Assembly (NCBI GenBank): GCA_051294905.1
Contig: CM119377.1
Location: forward strand, 7,750,001-7,814,000
DNA: 64,000 bases
Source: Botryllus schlosseri
Taxonomy: Eukaryota
Direction: 5' to 3'
Part shown: positions 49,681 through 63,018 of the stretch, piece after piece
Layout: the number at the start of each line of letters is the position of its first letter
How positions within the stretch are numbered: position 1 is the first letter of the stretch
Made by a program: the position numbers and the translations under genes
Notes under the pieces: model-generated
Databases searched by the model: none
Told to the model about the DNA's origin: nothing
Seen by the model: only the letters and a program-made list of their open reading frames with translations

Positions 49681-52600
49681 ATGTTGAAAACTGGATATGG
49701 CGGAAGCGGGGATGGATCTTCACCATTGAAGTTATTTACCAACGCGAAGAAAAAGATCAATTCAATTTATGGAGACATTGGAAAGTATGTCGGAGATTTC
49801 GAGAAATTCACGGAAAAAGTGAAAACGAGCGAAGAAAAAGAGCTGATTGAAAAGGTTTGTGCGTAGAATGATGATATTACATTTGCAACACTGGATTATG
49901 ATAATTGAATCGGAACAGTTGCTTTGATTATTCTATGAGGATTGAGGTGGGTTGGTGCGATTGAGCGCAAAATTAGGACAATCGGTACGTGTGCACCATA
50001 AGGACATTCCATGCACAAGTTACAGATATGCAGTTCAACTTCAGATCCAAGTTCGCCCATCATTTTCCTAACTCCAAATCTAAATTTTGCTGTTGAAACA
50101 GATGTAAAAGTATTCTAAAACGGGATACACGGCAGTACACCCACTTGAGTACTTCAAAAAAGTAGAAATACCGTTTCTGTTGGTGACTGTCCTTAGCCTA
50201 TTATTCGCGTAGCGACTACTATATTGTACATGTAGAGACTTCACTTCTTTTGAACCCACTGATGGTATTGGATAGTATAAATACCTGTACTTGTTTTGAA
50301 CACACTGTTCTCATTGTACATTTAGCGGTTATACTTAATTAGCACATACTGTTTTTACTGTACATATTTTGCACACACAGTTCTTATTGTGCAAAAAGCG
50401 AACCTGTCCTTATTTTATAGCCACTACTCTAATCATACACATATTACTGTCCTTATTGTATGGTTCATCTTGAGAAAAATATAAAATTTCGAATATATAT
50501 TTTGTATTTTGATTTACTTGAAAATTTCGGCGATTGTCTTTATTCTGCAAGTAGCGACATCTGTCAATATTGAAACATCTTTAGAATCAGGATTTGCCGA
50601 TTTCGATCCATGTTCAGATAGGGGCTCTGCATTTAAATGCCAACATAGAAAAAGTAAAATTTGGACTCGATCCAAGACCTTCCTTATTGTGCACTCAGTC
50701 ACACCAACCCCAAGACTTTTATAGTTTTCAAGCAACGTATTAGCTGCCAAAACCGGTGTTTGCACTCTACCCAATAGCTACATTCCGGATACTGTGATTT
50801 TACCATATTTCATTAATTCATTGCAATAAACTTCAGGATCTGGACGATCATATTGTGACATGTCTGCAAAAAGTCAGCGGGATCAGAGACATGCTCCTGC
50901 GGGATCATATGAAGGTAAAGTCTTACCAGTTTCGTTAACATTGTAACTCTCAATGTAGTGCATTGTCATACATCTTTATAACAAGCATTATCTCGTGCAT
51001 GACCATTAACCACACCTGAAGATTTATGAAGTAGGATTCGATTGAAAGCTGTTTGCAGACTTATTCTGATGGCGAAAGTATCGGCTTCTAACATGAACCA
51101 GAAACCTCCCGAACACATAAATATTCATAGTCCCAAACAATCAACTTAAATTTTTTGGTTATGGACAATTAAATGTGAGCTGATAGATATGTGTACTCGA
51201 ACCTAAATTTAATAACGGTATCAATCAAAAGCTACTATCTCTTTGTCTATTTTCGTTGCAAAAGATTACAATTCATCAAGTTATTATTGATGAGAAAATT
51301 CCTATGTGAAATAGCGCTGTAAAATCAGACGTTCTCGTTATCGAGTCAATAGTGGCAATGACTCACATAGGCCTACTTAGTTTGATTTACCATCATTCCA
51401 TCAACGAGCATCTTTTGTACACATAAAGAATTTTGAAATACGAATATTAGCAGTCCGGTTCTATATTGCCAAAAGTTTCCTCTCCAAATCCATTAATCTA
51501 ATGCAATCGAATATAGAATAAAATAGTATATTCATTAGGGTGGTTCAAAAATAACCTTTTTTCCTGAATCTTGCAGGTTACTTGATTAAATCGTTAGGTT
51601 GCCTTAAAAAACGACGCACACCAAATTTGAATTCATTCCAACCAATATTCGCGGATTTCGTAGAGTTTGAAAATTTTGAATTTGCCTAAAAATGCAAAAA
51701 AAAATTTTTTTCAAATTTTCCTTCCAACCTTATGAAATTGTTGCGCTGTCTTCAAAAACGATGGAAAACAAATTGTGATACGGTTGTTGATATAAAATGT
51801 TCTTTCCAATTCTCTTCTTGTTGCTGATGATTACCCCTGACGAGTGTCAGCCGAAAAATTCACGTTCATTTCAATTTGAATATACTGTTCAGCTGTATAT
51901 TGACGCTCTGTACCTCCAAAAAGCTCTTCAATTGAATATAGATGACCAGTCTTAATCGATACTCCTGATACATTGAATGCAGATATACCGTTTTCTGAGA
52001 CAGTCCACTGAATCTTTACTTTAGGCATCGTGCATTCCAGTATCTATATCAACTTAACGTTTCTTCTCTGCTGACAGGTCGTATTTTTCGGTCGAACGAG
52101 CAACGGAAAAAGCACGGTGATCAACGCTATGCTGTGCGATAAAATATTGCCGAGCGGACTGGGGCACACCACCAATTGTTTCCTGTCGATCGAAGGGTGC
52201 AAGGATAAGGACGGGGCTTATTTGCTATGCGCGGGCTCGGATGAGAAGCGAAATGTTCAAAGTGTTTCACAACTTGGGCACGCTTTGTCCCAAGAGAGCA
52301 TGTCGAACGATAGCTTGATACGGGTATGGGAGTTCATATGTGTACTTTTTATGTGGCCACAAAATAAATCATGCCCTCCGAAACTAATCAAAATTAGTCT
52401 CTCTTTGTTTACACAACAATGTTATATCTTCGCGAGATACAATACCAAGGGTCAATCACTATTTCAGCACATTGTGCCGGTCAATCAAGGTTTCCGAGCT
52501 CGCATGTTTTGAAAAAGTACCACAATGATAATTATTGTTGGTAAAATATATCTTAGCCGCAAACAGCATGTAATTTCGGTACTCAAGAACGCTGATTAGT

Positions 52601-55600
52601 AGGGCAAGTTTTTGTTGCAGTTAAATCCGTGGAAAGTTGCATTTATTTTTGAAAAAAGTTAAAAAGTTGCAGTAGTTGCAATTTTGACCACATTTTGCTC
52701 GGTTGACTAAAAAAATAGTCAATTTTCCGGCTCATCTACCGAAATACCCGTGAAAGCGTTACTTCGGTGCTGATTTACGGTGATTCAGTCGAATATGGCC
52801 GTGTATTTCACCAGAATCGAAAATACTTTCATGAAAAATCGAAAAAGCTGCAAAATGTGCAAAAAGTTGCATGAAAAAAATGGACAAAAGTTGCAAAAAG
52901 TTGCACTATAAGATTCCTTCAAACAGCATTCCACATATCTTACGAGTATTTAGGAAGTTGCCGGAAGCTGTAAAAAAAAGTAGCAAAAACTTGCCCTACT
53001 GATTAGCTCAATATTCGACTTGAATCGTAAAAATTGATACTCAATTCGAGTTCGAGCTTTACTAGTCATTTCTGAGCATTCCACATATCTTACGAGTATT
53101 TAGGAGGTTGCCGGAAGCTGTAAAAAAAAGTAGCAAAGGCTTGCCCTACTGATTAGCTCAATATTCGACTTGAATCGTAAAAATTGATACTCAATTCGAG
53201 TTCGAGCTTTATTAGTCATTTCTGAGCATTCCACATATCTTACGAGTATTTAGGAAGTTGCCGGAAGCTGTAAAAAAGAGTAGCAAAAACTTGCCCTACT
53301 GATTCCTCAATATTCGACTTGAATCGTAAAAATTGATACTCAATTCGAATTCGAGCCTTACTAGTCATTGCTGAAATGTGTTTTGTGTGTTTTGTGATCT
53401 GAAAATTTCATAGTTATGAAGTGATAATCATGTCAGTAATTCATGAATTTTCAAAAAGATTTTTTAATCTCAGATCATGTGGCCCAAAAATAAATGCACA
53501 TTACTGAAGCACGAAGTGGTCTTGGTGGACAGCCCGGGAATTGACGTCACGGAAGACATGGACAATTGGATCGATCAGTAAGTGCGCATTGTCTGATATG
53601 CTCTCGGGCGTTTTGTCACCCCTGAAATATTACCGCAGGTACTGCCTCGACGCGGACGTGTTTGTCTTGGTGGCGAACGCGGAGTCTACGTTGATGTTGG
53701 CGGAGAAGAAATTTTTCCACAAGGTCAACACGAGACTTTCGAAACCGAATATTTTCATCTTGAACAACAGGTGGGACGCTTCAGCCGCGGAGCCGGAATT
53801 GATGGAACAGGTAACCTCGATTTATGTGTTTTTGCCTTGGTTTCGACCAGAGATCGAGATTACGTAACATATTTGGTGGTAGGACTGTTGATATACAAAG
53901 TTCTTTTAAAATCTCGACTTGTTGCTGACGATTACCCCTGACTATTCAGTTCTTTTTTCAATATTATTCAATTGCGTATTGAAGTTAGGTAGCCTACCTA
54001 CAAGGATCGCCTCTGAATTTGTCTGGGAATCGTAATCGTTCAAATTTCATATGTAATCAATAACCGCAAAATATTTGCATATATTAGGGCTACCGTACTC
54101 CCTCTTTTAAGGTGATTTGTACTCTTTTTTTAAAGTGTCTTCGAAAGATGCCCAAATGTCCTTTTTTTAAAGATTTTATCCTCTTTTTTGAGAATTTTGG
54201 TTAAATACAGTGTCATTTTCAGGATTTTCCTCCGGTATTGCAAGTCGTGAGTCCTTTTTTCAGAATTCCAAAATGGTAACCCTAGCATATATTGACTAGC
54301 AGTTTATGCGACCTGGGAAGAATTTTTACCATACCTTTATTGTGCCGATATCGGACACGGTATTTGAATAGTCAAGGCAAATTGAACAAAACAATAGAAA
54401 AGTCCTTATTCTCCTGTTTCCGTTATCCGTCTAAGACGATCTTACCTTCTAGCTTTGTAAGTATATGTGACTATCCTGCACTATGATTTTGACTCTGCCT
54501 TTCCTTTTCAAAAGGGTTTGGTATTGAGATTTAGATATTCGCTTACATTTTGACAAAATTTCGCACTCATTGCTACACCTTTCGTTGTTCGTGTTAGACC
54601 CCGAGTATTGACTTGTATTTTACTTGTGTTGATATAACTGTGAAGTGACTGAAGCGCATCCGAATATAATTTATTAGTTTGCTTCTTACGATTTTCATAT
54701 ACTTATTTAGTCGGAGTGTCGTAATTGAGATATGTAATATCTGTCAAAATGTGAATACCGCAGACCAGAAAGAAAACGATAGGAGATACATATCAGTGAA
54801 TTAATCCAATTCGATTTATTTTGTCTCAGGTCAGAGCGCAGCATTTGAAGCGCGGAATATCGTTTCTCGCCGACGAGCTGGGAGTCGTGTCAGCGCAACA
54901 AGCTGAAGACCGAGTATTTTTCGTATCTGCGAAAGAGGCGTTAAATGCGAGGCTTCAAAAACTTCGAGGTTCGCTCGGACATGTTGAGATTCCCGCCGTT
55001 TTTTTGTAATAGTTTCGTCGATAGGCATGCCCGAATCGGGAGGTGCGTTGGCCGAAGGCTTCAAGGCACGTCTCTTGGAGTTCTGTACGTTCGAACACAA
55101 TTTCGAGGAATGCATATCGCGATCTGCGACGCGGACAAAGTTCCATCAGCACACGCAGGGCGCGCAGAGTATTGTCGACAGCTTCACGGAGTACGCCTCC
55201 AATTTACTCGTGAGTTTGAAGTCTTTTCGTCAAGGTGTAGAAGAAATTGGTATGATACAATAGAATACGCAGACGTAGTCGGCGTTTGTACTGATGTAGA
55301 AGTAGGCTTTTCGAAGTACAGAACTTCAATATTGCAGCAAACAATACGTTCATATTGCCAAACTTATTCCACTGGTAGCTTTTCGAACTTGGTTAACCTC
55401 ATTTTCTGGCGTTCACTGCTGAAAAGAGCCAGTCGAAAAGCTTCCAGTGGATTAAATTTGGCAATATGAACGTATTGTTTCATGTAGAAGTAGAAGTGAT
55501 TCCATGAATTCCTACTTAGTTACTAGCCTGCAAGAAATAAAGATTTCCAAGACAGGTCAAAACTGCTTTGAGTGGACGTAGAAAATTGATTGCTGAAAAC

Positions 55601-58600
55601 TACCCAACTAATTAGTTTGAAAAAGTTGATTTGATCCATGGCTTGCTTACTTTCTGCAGTTAATCGAAAGTGGCTATGGCTACTTTATTAAATGTGACCA
55701 GGCGACCAGGGTTCCAAGTCAATCTCACTTTTATAGTTTTGACTCGAGTCAAGTCCAAGTCAGCTATTAGATGGTCGAGTTCGAGTTTAGTCCGAGTCCA
55801 AGTCATTATGTTGACCATTCAGTTTTCAATTCAATTCGGCTCAACCCACTTCTTCAACTATGCTCGAGCGATATAGAATAGCTCGCATACATAATACAGT
55901 AATTTTGCTCAGTTTTAGGCCTAACAGTTTCTGGCCTTATTTTCCAAGTATCAGGACTGATAGACGAAGTACCAATAACATGGTGACTTTACTATTCTTC
56001 GAAGTTACAATGAAATGTCGGTCTTGGCTGTCCTAGAGTCGAGTCATATGACTTGGTTCGAGTCATGCGCAATGACTCGAGTACAGGTCGAGTCATCTTG
56101 CGCATTTGAAAAAATGAGACACCAAAAATCGCTGATCGGGCTCGAGTCATTACAACCCTGCTAGTGACACTACAAGTAGCTGCAATTGTTGAAAACCTAT
56201 TCAGTTACCGTAATGCAAGGGTTATTTTGCCCAGTAGTCTAAAAAATTGGTAGTAGGCTACCTCGCAATATTGTCGAGTAGAAATTGAACTAGTCTCGAA
56301 AAAGTAACTGCTTCGGTAATTCGCACAAGCAGGCAACACCCACTTGAGTAACTCTGAAAAGGTGAAATTACTTTGATACCGACCTTCTGATCTTCTCAGG
56401 ATAAGGCGTCGAATATGAAGGCAGAGTGTGACGGGTGCAATGAAGAAGTGGAATTGAAAATAGCCTTTATTGGTAAGTGGGTTGTTCTACAGGTTGAAAG
56501 CGATTTGGATTTCAAAATACACGTTTGTCGTCCCTGACGTTTTCTCCCGGCGATCTATTTGCGGTTCGTGTTTACAGATCGTAAACAGCGCCATAGTCAC
56601 CAAACTCAAATTTCATATCGTTGCTCTGAAACGGTATGACCTGAAGATCACATTGCTCAATATCAGCAAACAGCGTCATTGGCGATCCAGGAATGGTCAA
56701 CGTTGTCATGTTATTTCGTCCGGTTTTATCACAATAATATCCCTTGTAAAAGTGCTGAAGAGTTATACGAAAACTACTTTTTGCTTTAATAAATCAAAAA
56801 TAAGTAACTTTCCTTGAAAAAGCCTGTGTAGAATTTGAAGTTGTCCGAAAACGTATCTGCTTGAGTGAGTAGCGCACGGCATAGCATACTTTTGGTAGTA
56901 AGCCACGAAAGAGCTAATGTAGAAATGGAAAGATGCATCTTCGCAACTAAAGCAAAATCACTGATCGTTGCATTTTTCAATAGATATGCGGTTACCGTGA
57001 CAACAGGGGTTGTTTCGTTTGAATTTCGCTTATAAAAGTGATGCAGACTCATCAAAAAACTACTTATCGCCTTGCAAAACCAAAAGTAAGTAATTTTGCT
57101 TGAAAAGCCCTGAAATAGAATTGGACGTAGTCCGATAATATGTCTGAGGGAGTAGGGCACGGAGCCGCATACAAAATCGGTCAAAAGTAAGTAGCTTTTC
57201 TGCAAAATTTGTTCGCTAAAAGGGGAAGTAGTCTGTTACAACGTCTTCACTTTATAATAAAGATTCGGCTTTGTTGCTAGCAGGGGCTATTTCACTATGG
57301 CTTGGCAGAAATGTCTCTTGTAAAAGTGATGCAGATGTGTTTCTAAACTCTATTTCTCTTCACAAAATCAAAAGTAAAAGGCTTTGCTACTAAAAGCGTA
57401 GAAGTGGAATTAGTCTACATATAAGCATATCTCCTTGATTGAGTATCGTAAGTAGGTAAACAGTTGATGGCGCTTCGATACTGACAGCCCCTGTCGTTTT
57501 TCGACCTTTTAGAGAAGAATATCAAATTGCTAACGGCGCAAGTCAAGGAGGCGATCACGCGGCTTGTCGAAGAGACCGAGTTTCAGGTGCGGCAGGCCAT
57601 GTCGGACGAAATCCGACGCCTCTCGCTGCTGGTCGACGAGTTCGACAAGCCCTTCCACCAAAATCAAATGGTACTGCAGGTGTACAAGGACGAGCTTTAC
57701 CGACACGTGGAAGAAGGTGAGTCCTAGGCCTGTGGCTGCTTTGAAATGTAGTTTCGACCGACCTTTTTTTTGTCAACTTCGCCTGGTTCTTATTACAATT
57801 TGACACGAAAGTGACTCTACATTCTAATCTACAAAAAAGAGATAAAATTCAGGATTTTTTCCAAAAAAAACTGCTGAAGTAGAAGTGGAGATAGTCTCAA
57901 AATATGACATCTCGAGCGGGTAGTGTTTTTTTGTAACTGATTTGAGCGCCAGAGTTTTTTGTACTCTTCACAATTTGACAAAAAAGTGATGCAGACTTTT
58001 CTAAAGACATGAAAAGAGGTTGTATTGCCTAAGAAAGTGGATGCGGATACTGGATATTAGTCTAAAAGTGTAAACGACTTGAGGAAACTTTTTGAGGCCG
58101 TGATTTTTTTCTCAATATTGATATTCTCCAACAGAGATGGTCGAAGGTGTTTATTGTTGGTACTCAAGTAGTACTCATTGTGGAATTCTTCTCAAGTACA
58201 TATAATAGTAGAGAACTTCAACTGAATAACAGGTAGGTATTTCAGGCCTAGCTCTGCCCAAGAAACTGTGAAGTAGAAGTAGAAATAGTTTAAAATCCTA
58301 TATCCACTTGAGTACTTGAAAAAATTGACCAAAATTGAGAAATTTTTAATGATTGATTATTGTTTATCATTGACACCTGTGTTTTATCTGTCAACTTCGC
58401 AGTTTTGGGACGCAATCTGGCCACGAGATGCTCGGCGTCGCTGAAAATTCAAATCAATCTCAGCAAGGAACGTATGGTCAAAGAGGCGCAGCCGTTGTTC
58501 GACTGTAAAAGTAACGGAAACGGTATGTGACTCTCTGAGGTTGACGCACAGTTGCTAAACTTTGTTGTGTATGTCGTAACTGGATTCGGTTGCAGAGATT

Positions 58601-61600
58601 TTCATGTTCTTGAAAGCGCATCAACTAGTAGAAAAAATCTTAAGCTTAGTATCAAGCCCGTGATGAATAGTAGTTTGTTAAAGATTTTTTTATTTCAACT
58701 CTACCCTTCTTTCCTTAGATGTGATACTATCATATTTCTGTGTACTCGAATAGATATACCGCTAGTTTAGTTCTGTTGCTCTACTGCTCGGATAGTGTAG
58801 AAGTAAACATGTTACCGAAAACAATAGCGGTTCCCTCGCGAAAACATCTGGAACACGTCGTTCTGATGTAGCCTACTTTATGATGCTAGTCGGGTACTTC
58901 CGAATCTTCAACTTGTATCAGGATTATAACCGAGTCATAGACTCCGAGTCACAAGTCAATCCTCACTTCTATAGTTTTGACTCGAGTCAAGTCGAGTCAT
59001 TTTCAATTCACCACCGAGTCAAGTCCAAGTCAATGTGCAGACGGTCGTGTCTGAGTCATGGTATTATGACTCGAGTCCGAGTCCAAGTCATTGTGCTGAC
59101 TGCTCAGTTTCCAGTTAAAGTCTTGTTAAACCCACTTTTTATAACTCATTTATAATATACTAATTTTCCTCGCTTTTAACAGTCGCATTTTCAAGTACCA
59201 GTACCAATAGACGAAATCCCAATAGTGTAGTTACTTTACTATTCTTTGAAATTACAATGAAATGCCGGTCTTGGCCGTCTGAGTCTCGAGTCGTACGACT
59301 TGGTTCGAGTCATGCGCAATGACTCGAGTCCGAGTCAAGTCAATATACAGATTGACTCGAGTCGAGTCGTTTCCGTATTTTGAGAAAAAAAATCTGATGA
59401 AGTCGAGTCATAAGAAAACCGTGACTCGAGTCATTGCAACCCTGACTTGGATGTAGTTTTGGCTGAAATTCACTATTTCTATGTGAGCTCATTGGTTGCG
59501 CACAGAAGAGTGATCAATGATCTGTTCCTACTTATATTGCATCTTGTGTGGCCGTATCATGATATCAGTTTGAGATATTGGATTTTGTAATATAACGAAA
59601 GCGTTGCTGTCACAGAAACGCAGCTGCAAATCCCGGAGTCGACGTTTGAAGTTTCCTACGATATCAACTGCTCAAATTTATGCAGCGACTTTCGCGAGGA
59701 TATCGAGTTCAAATTTTCTCTCGGCTTCCGCTGTTTGATAAACAGGTGGGCGGTTGATCGTTGTTACGATCAATTGGGTATTACAGTGTGTGGTTGGTTT
59801 TCTTGTGTGTGTCAGACTTGGAAAACATTTTGTAGATAAGTTCCATGAGTGAACGGCTTGAAGGTAGACAATGCCTGACAGGCTGCAGGCGAAATACTGC
59901 TTAGCAATTTTGGTCTGTCGTACTTGTTAGAGCTTTGCATCTTGTCATTGTAATTATAATACTTACACTGCCCATATGATAATACCATTTTTGAGTAACC
60001 GCGTATGTGCTGGAAACAGCCACATGATCACTGCGGGAAATCTGTTATATGTTATGGTATTACAAATCTGTCTTTGAATAGCGAGAAGCTTGCTATAAAT
60101 CGGCACCGGTATGATCTTCCATGGCAGATTCCAAACAGCCTTGAGTGAAATGACGCATTCGCTGTGTTTTCTGCGCTACAAAACTCTTAGAGCTGTTCTA
60201 TGACCTTTGCACTGGGCTATATTCATGCGACAGTTAACCTAGTTTACCAATATCATTTTGTGTGTTCGTCATGTTGCATTAATAATTTTCATTCGATATA
60301 GAAATCCTAATATTTTATTTTCTGTTTCAGATTTATCGGTGGACGTCGTCCATTGGCCGTAAGCGATTCTCCTGTGCCTCGTCCGTTGCCTACCTCCCAG
60401 GGTGAGTATTCGCACCTTAGATTTTGCGGTATCATTATCCAGTTATTTATAAAGTGACAAACTCATCATTTATGTCAGAAGTGCTTGCCATGTCAACATA
60501 GCAACAACCCAACACTGATTTTATGATCCTGCGGGCAAGTTCGTTATTGATAATATACTGTATTCATGCTAGGTATGTAGAACTACGTTGTTTTCATTTT
60601 GATAGAATAAGCCAAAGATATCGTATGATTCGTATGTAATGCATGATTGACATAAAGCAAGACAGGCGCACATTTGAAACATTTGGTGGGTTAGTGATTT
60701 TTTGTCTGACAACGGGTTGTCTAAACAGCAGCAACTTTCCAAATTGTAAATTTTGCGAGTGTCAAATCACCTTGTTCAAAACGCCGTTTGTCATGATGGC
60801 AAGGCATTCAGAAAGTGAGCATCATAATAGGCAGGCCTTCAAAATAACGAGTGTCCTAATACCTAGGCACTCTAAAGTCAAAATAGGAGTGACATGACAG
60901 TGGGTCATTCAAAATAACCCAAACTTTACACCCAACCATAACGCAAGCTAACCTTGACCGAACCCAAAACCTTATCCTAATCCTAAACTGACCCTTAATC
61001 AGGTATAAGCTGCTGTTATACCAAATCCTGACCCTAGCCCTCGCTGATTTGGTACTTGCTATTTTTAAATTCGAAAGCCTTCCTATTGTCGACATCGGAA
61101 TTTTGCCCGAATGCTTTATTCATATCCGATCGTTTTCGCAGAAATGACGCCTCGGCAAAGTGACGGCACGTCGATGGAAGACGTGGCCTGGGGAATCGCC
61201 GCCGGGTACATCAAAACTAAGGGCAAAAATTCTGCCAGCCTTGCCCTAGGCGTAGGTGGGTGCTGTGTCCTTATTCCTTGTGACATTTGTCGATATCCGG
61301 TCGCGTTGTGATTCAGTGATGGTTCCGTACGCGCTCTACAAAACTGTCGGCTGGAGAATTTTGGTGTTTGGCGTCGCGTCGTACGGCGCTCTTTATCTGT
61401 ACGAGCGGTTGACATGGACGTCTCGCGCTCAGGAGAAAGCGTTGAAGCGACAGTTCGTGGAGCACGCCTCTGAGAAACTGGATCTCGTCACTAGTTTCAC
61501 AAGCTCCAATTGTTCGCACCAGGTGAGTGTTCGGCTGAGGTAGTCACTAACGGAGTAGGCCTACTTCTACTTATTAGTTTCAATCGAGGTTTTTTATACT

Positions 61601-63018
61601 CGTACGACTTGAGTGGTTCTATTTTTAGACTGCTTTCCAGGGTTTCAATGACTCGAGTCGCGATTTTTTGGTGACTCGACTTGACTGGAGTCAGTTTTTC
61701 AAGTGCGTGAAATGACTCGACTCGAGTCTATTTGTGTATTGACTCGACTTGTACTCGAGTCATTGTGCATGACTCGATACTAGGACGGCCAAGAAAGACA
61801 TTTCATTGTAACTTCAAAAAATAGTAAAGTCACCACGTTATTGGTATTTCGTCTATCAGTCCTGATACCTGGAAAAGAAGGCCAGGAACTGTTAAAACTA
61901 AGGAAAATTACTATGTTATGAATGCCAGCCATTCTATATCACCCGGGCAGAGTTGAAAAAAGTGGGTTGAACCGGGTTGAACTGAAAACTGAACAGTGAA
62001 CATAATGACTCAAACTCGGACTCAACCCTCTACTAGCTGACTTGGACCCGGGCTTGACTCGGTGGCGAATTGAAAATGACTCGACTTGACTCGAGTCAAA
62101 ACTACAAAAGTGAGATTTACTTGTGACTCGGAGCCTTGTGACTTGGTTACAACCCTGAGTATGGAACATATTTTCTGCATGGTGTCATAATAGAGAGTTC
62201 TTGGTCCACTTTGAGCGTACGTCACAATGCTGCAAGGGCTGTACGAGACCGTTTAAAAGTAGCTACAAGGTAGTTTTGCTCAAGTTATGTGAAACCAACA
62301 GATACTTTAACATAAATTCGTTACATTGCGACACTAGGCATAATAATGGGGTCTACAACAAACTGCAAAGTCGCATTTCTTGCAAAAGAATCGAATATTA
62401 ACAATCAAGTTAGTGATACTAGATGACTGTGCCGGCTTCTAGCAGAAACTGCAGTAGAACCTCGTCTAAATATATAATATAAAAAAGGCAGCAATAAATG
62501 AAATTTCCAATTATTACATTTGAAGTGCTTCTTGGAGGTACAGATCTTCAATATACAATTGAATAGAACATTTGAATCGCATACATTTGTCACCAGTAAA
62601 TTTAGGGTAAATTTTGATTTTTCAAGTCCACGAGATCAAAATGGTTGAGAACCAATGGCGTAGGGCTTAGGGTAGAGTTTTTCGCTCGAGCTGTTGTATG
62701 TGACGTCATCCTTGTTGACTGCGTCACGGTGAATTTGTGACGTCGCGAGATCGTTAAAAACAAATTTGCCCCTGTCCCTCTAAGACTGTACAATCCAATC
62801 GCCAGGTTCAGCAAGAGCTTTCGACCGGCTTCGCGCAAATCTGCCACAAAGTCGACGAAATCAATAAGGAGCTGCGCGCCGAGTCGGAGGACCTGAAAAG
62901 TAAAAGCGACCGGCTCGCCGCCTTGCAGTCGGAATTGAAAACGTTACGTAACAAGGCGCATTTCCTATCGAGCGACATCGGCGGTTTCGTCGCTAACTAT
63001 CTTAAAATGGATCTGTAA
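49681..63018 (+). CDS. MFN2: Mitofusin (MFN1/MFN2 co-ortholog), ~742 aa, 15 exons
   Basis: Exons in phase: 49681-49854, 50837-50914, 52078-52323, 53474-53577, 53639-53810, 54830-54968, 55025-55209, 56400-56472, 57513-57716, 58403-58522, 59616-59745, 60331-60401, 61142-61255, 61317-61522, 62806-63018 (2229 nt). [56 protein letters not shown]. The start codon is the best guess. Confidence 0.92.
52600..52998. mobile_element. hAT MITE family H (AAAGTTGCA subterminal repeats)
   Basis: TIR TAGGGCAAGTTTTTG / CAAAAACTTGCCCTA; perfect TSD CTGATTAG (52592-52599, 52999-53006). Confidence 0.88.
52925..53373 (+). repeat. Tandem repeat, 3 x ~150 bp
   Basis: Units start AGCATTCCACATATCTTACGAG at 52925, 53075 and 53225, nearly identical. 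Each unit spans the MITE right end, the TSD and flanking DNA. Confidence 0.95.
54085..54284. mobile_element. hAT MITE family J (200 bp)
   Basis: TAGGGCTACC / GGTAACCCTA; perfect TSD GCATATAT. Confidence 0.87.
55699..56160. mobile_element. hAT MITE family A copy
   Basis: Family-A body ending GAGTCATTACAACCCTG; left end eroded. Confidence 0.8.
58919..59444. mobile_element. hAT MITE family A copy
   Basis: CAGGATTATAA ... TTGCAACCCTG; TSD ACTTGTAT/ACTTGGAT (7/8). Confidence 0.87.
61638..62157. mobile_element. hAT MITE family A copy
   Basis: CAGGGTTTCAATGACTCGAGTC ... GGTTACAACCCTG; no TSD recognised. Confidence 0.85.

Noticed and set aside
25001-62157. Regularly spaced GACTCGAGTC palindromes resembling a CRISPR-like array
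   Set aside because: There are no constant-length unique spacers or cas genes, and the context is eukaryotic. The motifs are subterminal repeats inside TIR/TSD-bounded elements.
37152-62225. Recurrent similar short ORFs (MTRVK..., ..[14 protein letters not shown]..)
   Set aside because: Translations of non-coding family-A MITE sequence, not a gene family.
15546-63018. Functional clustering of INF2 (fission) and mitofusin (fusion) as a mitochondrial-dynamics locus
   Set aside because: They are 30 kb apart with unrelated genes between; without synteny data it cannot be distinguished from chance.
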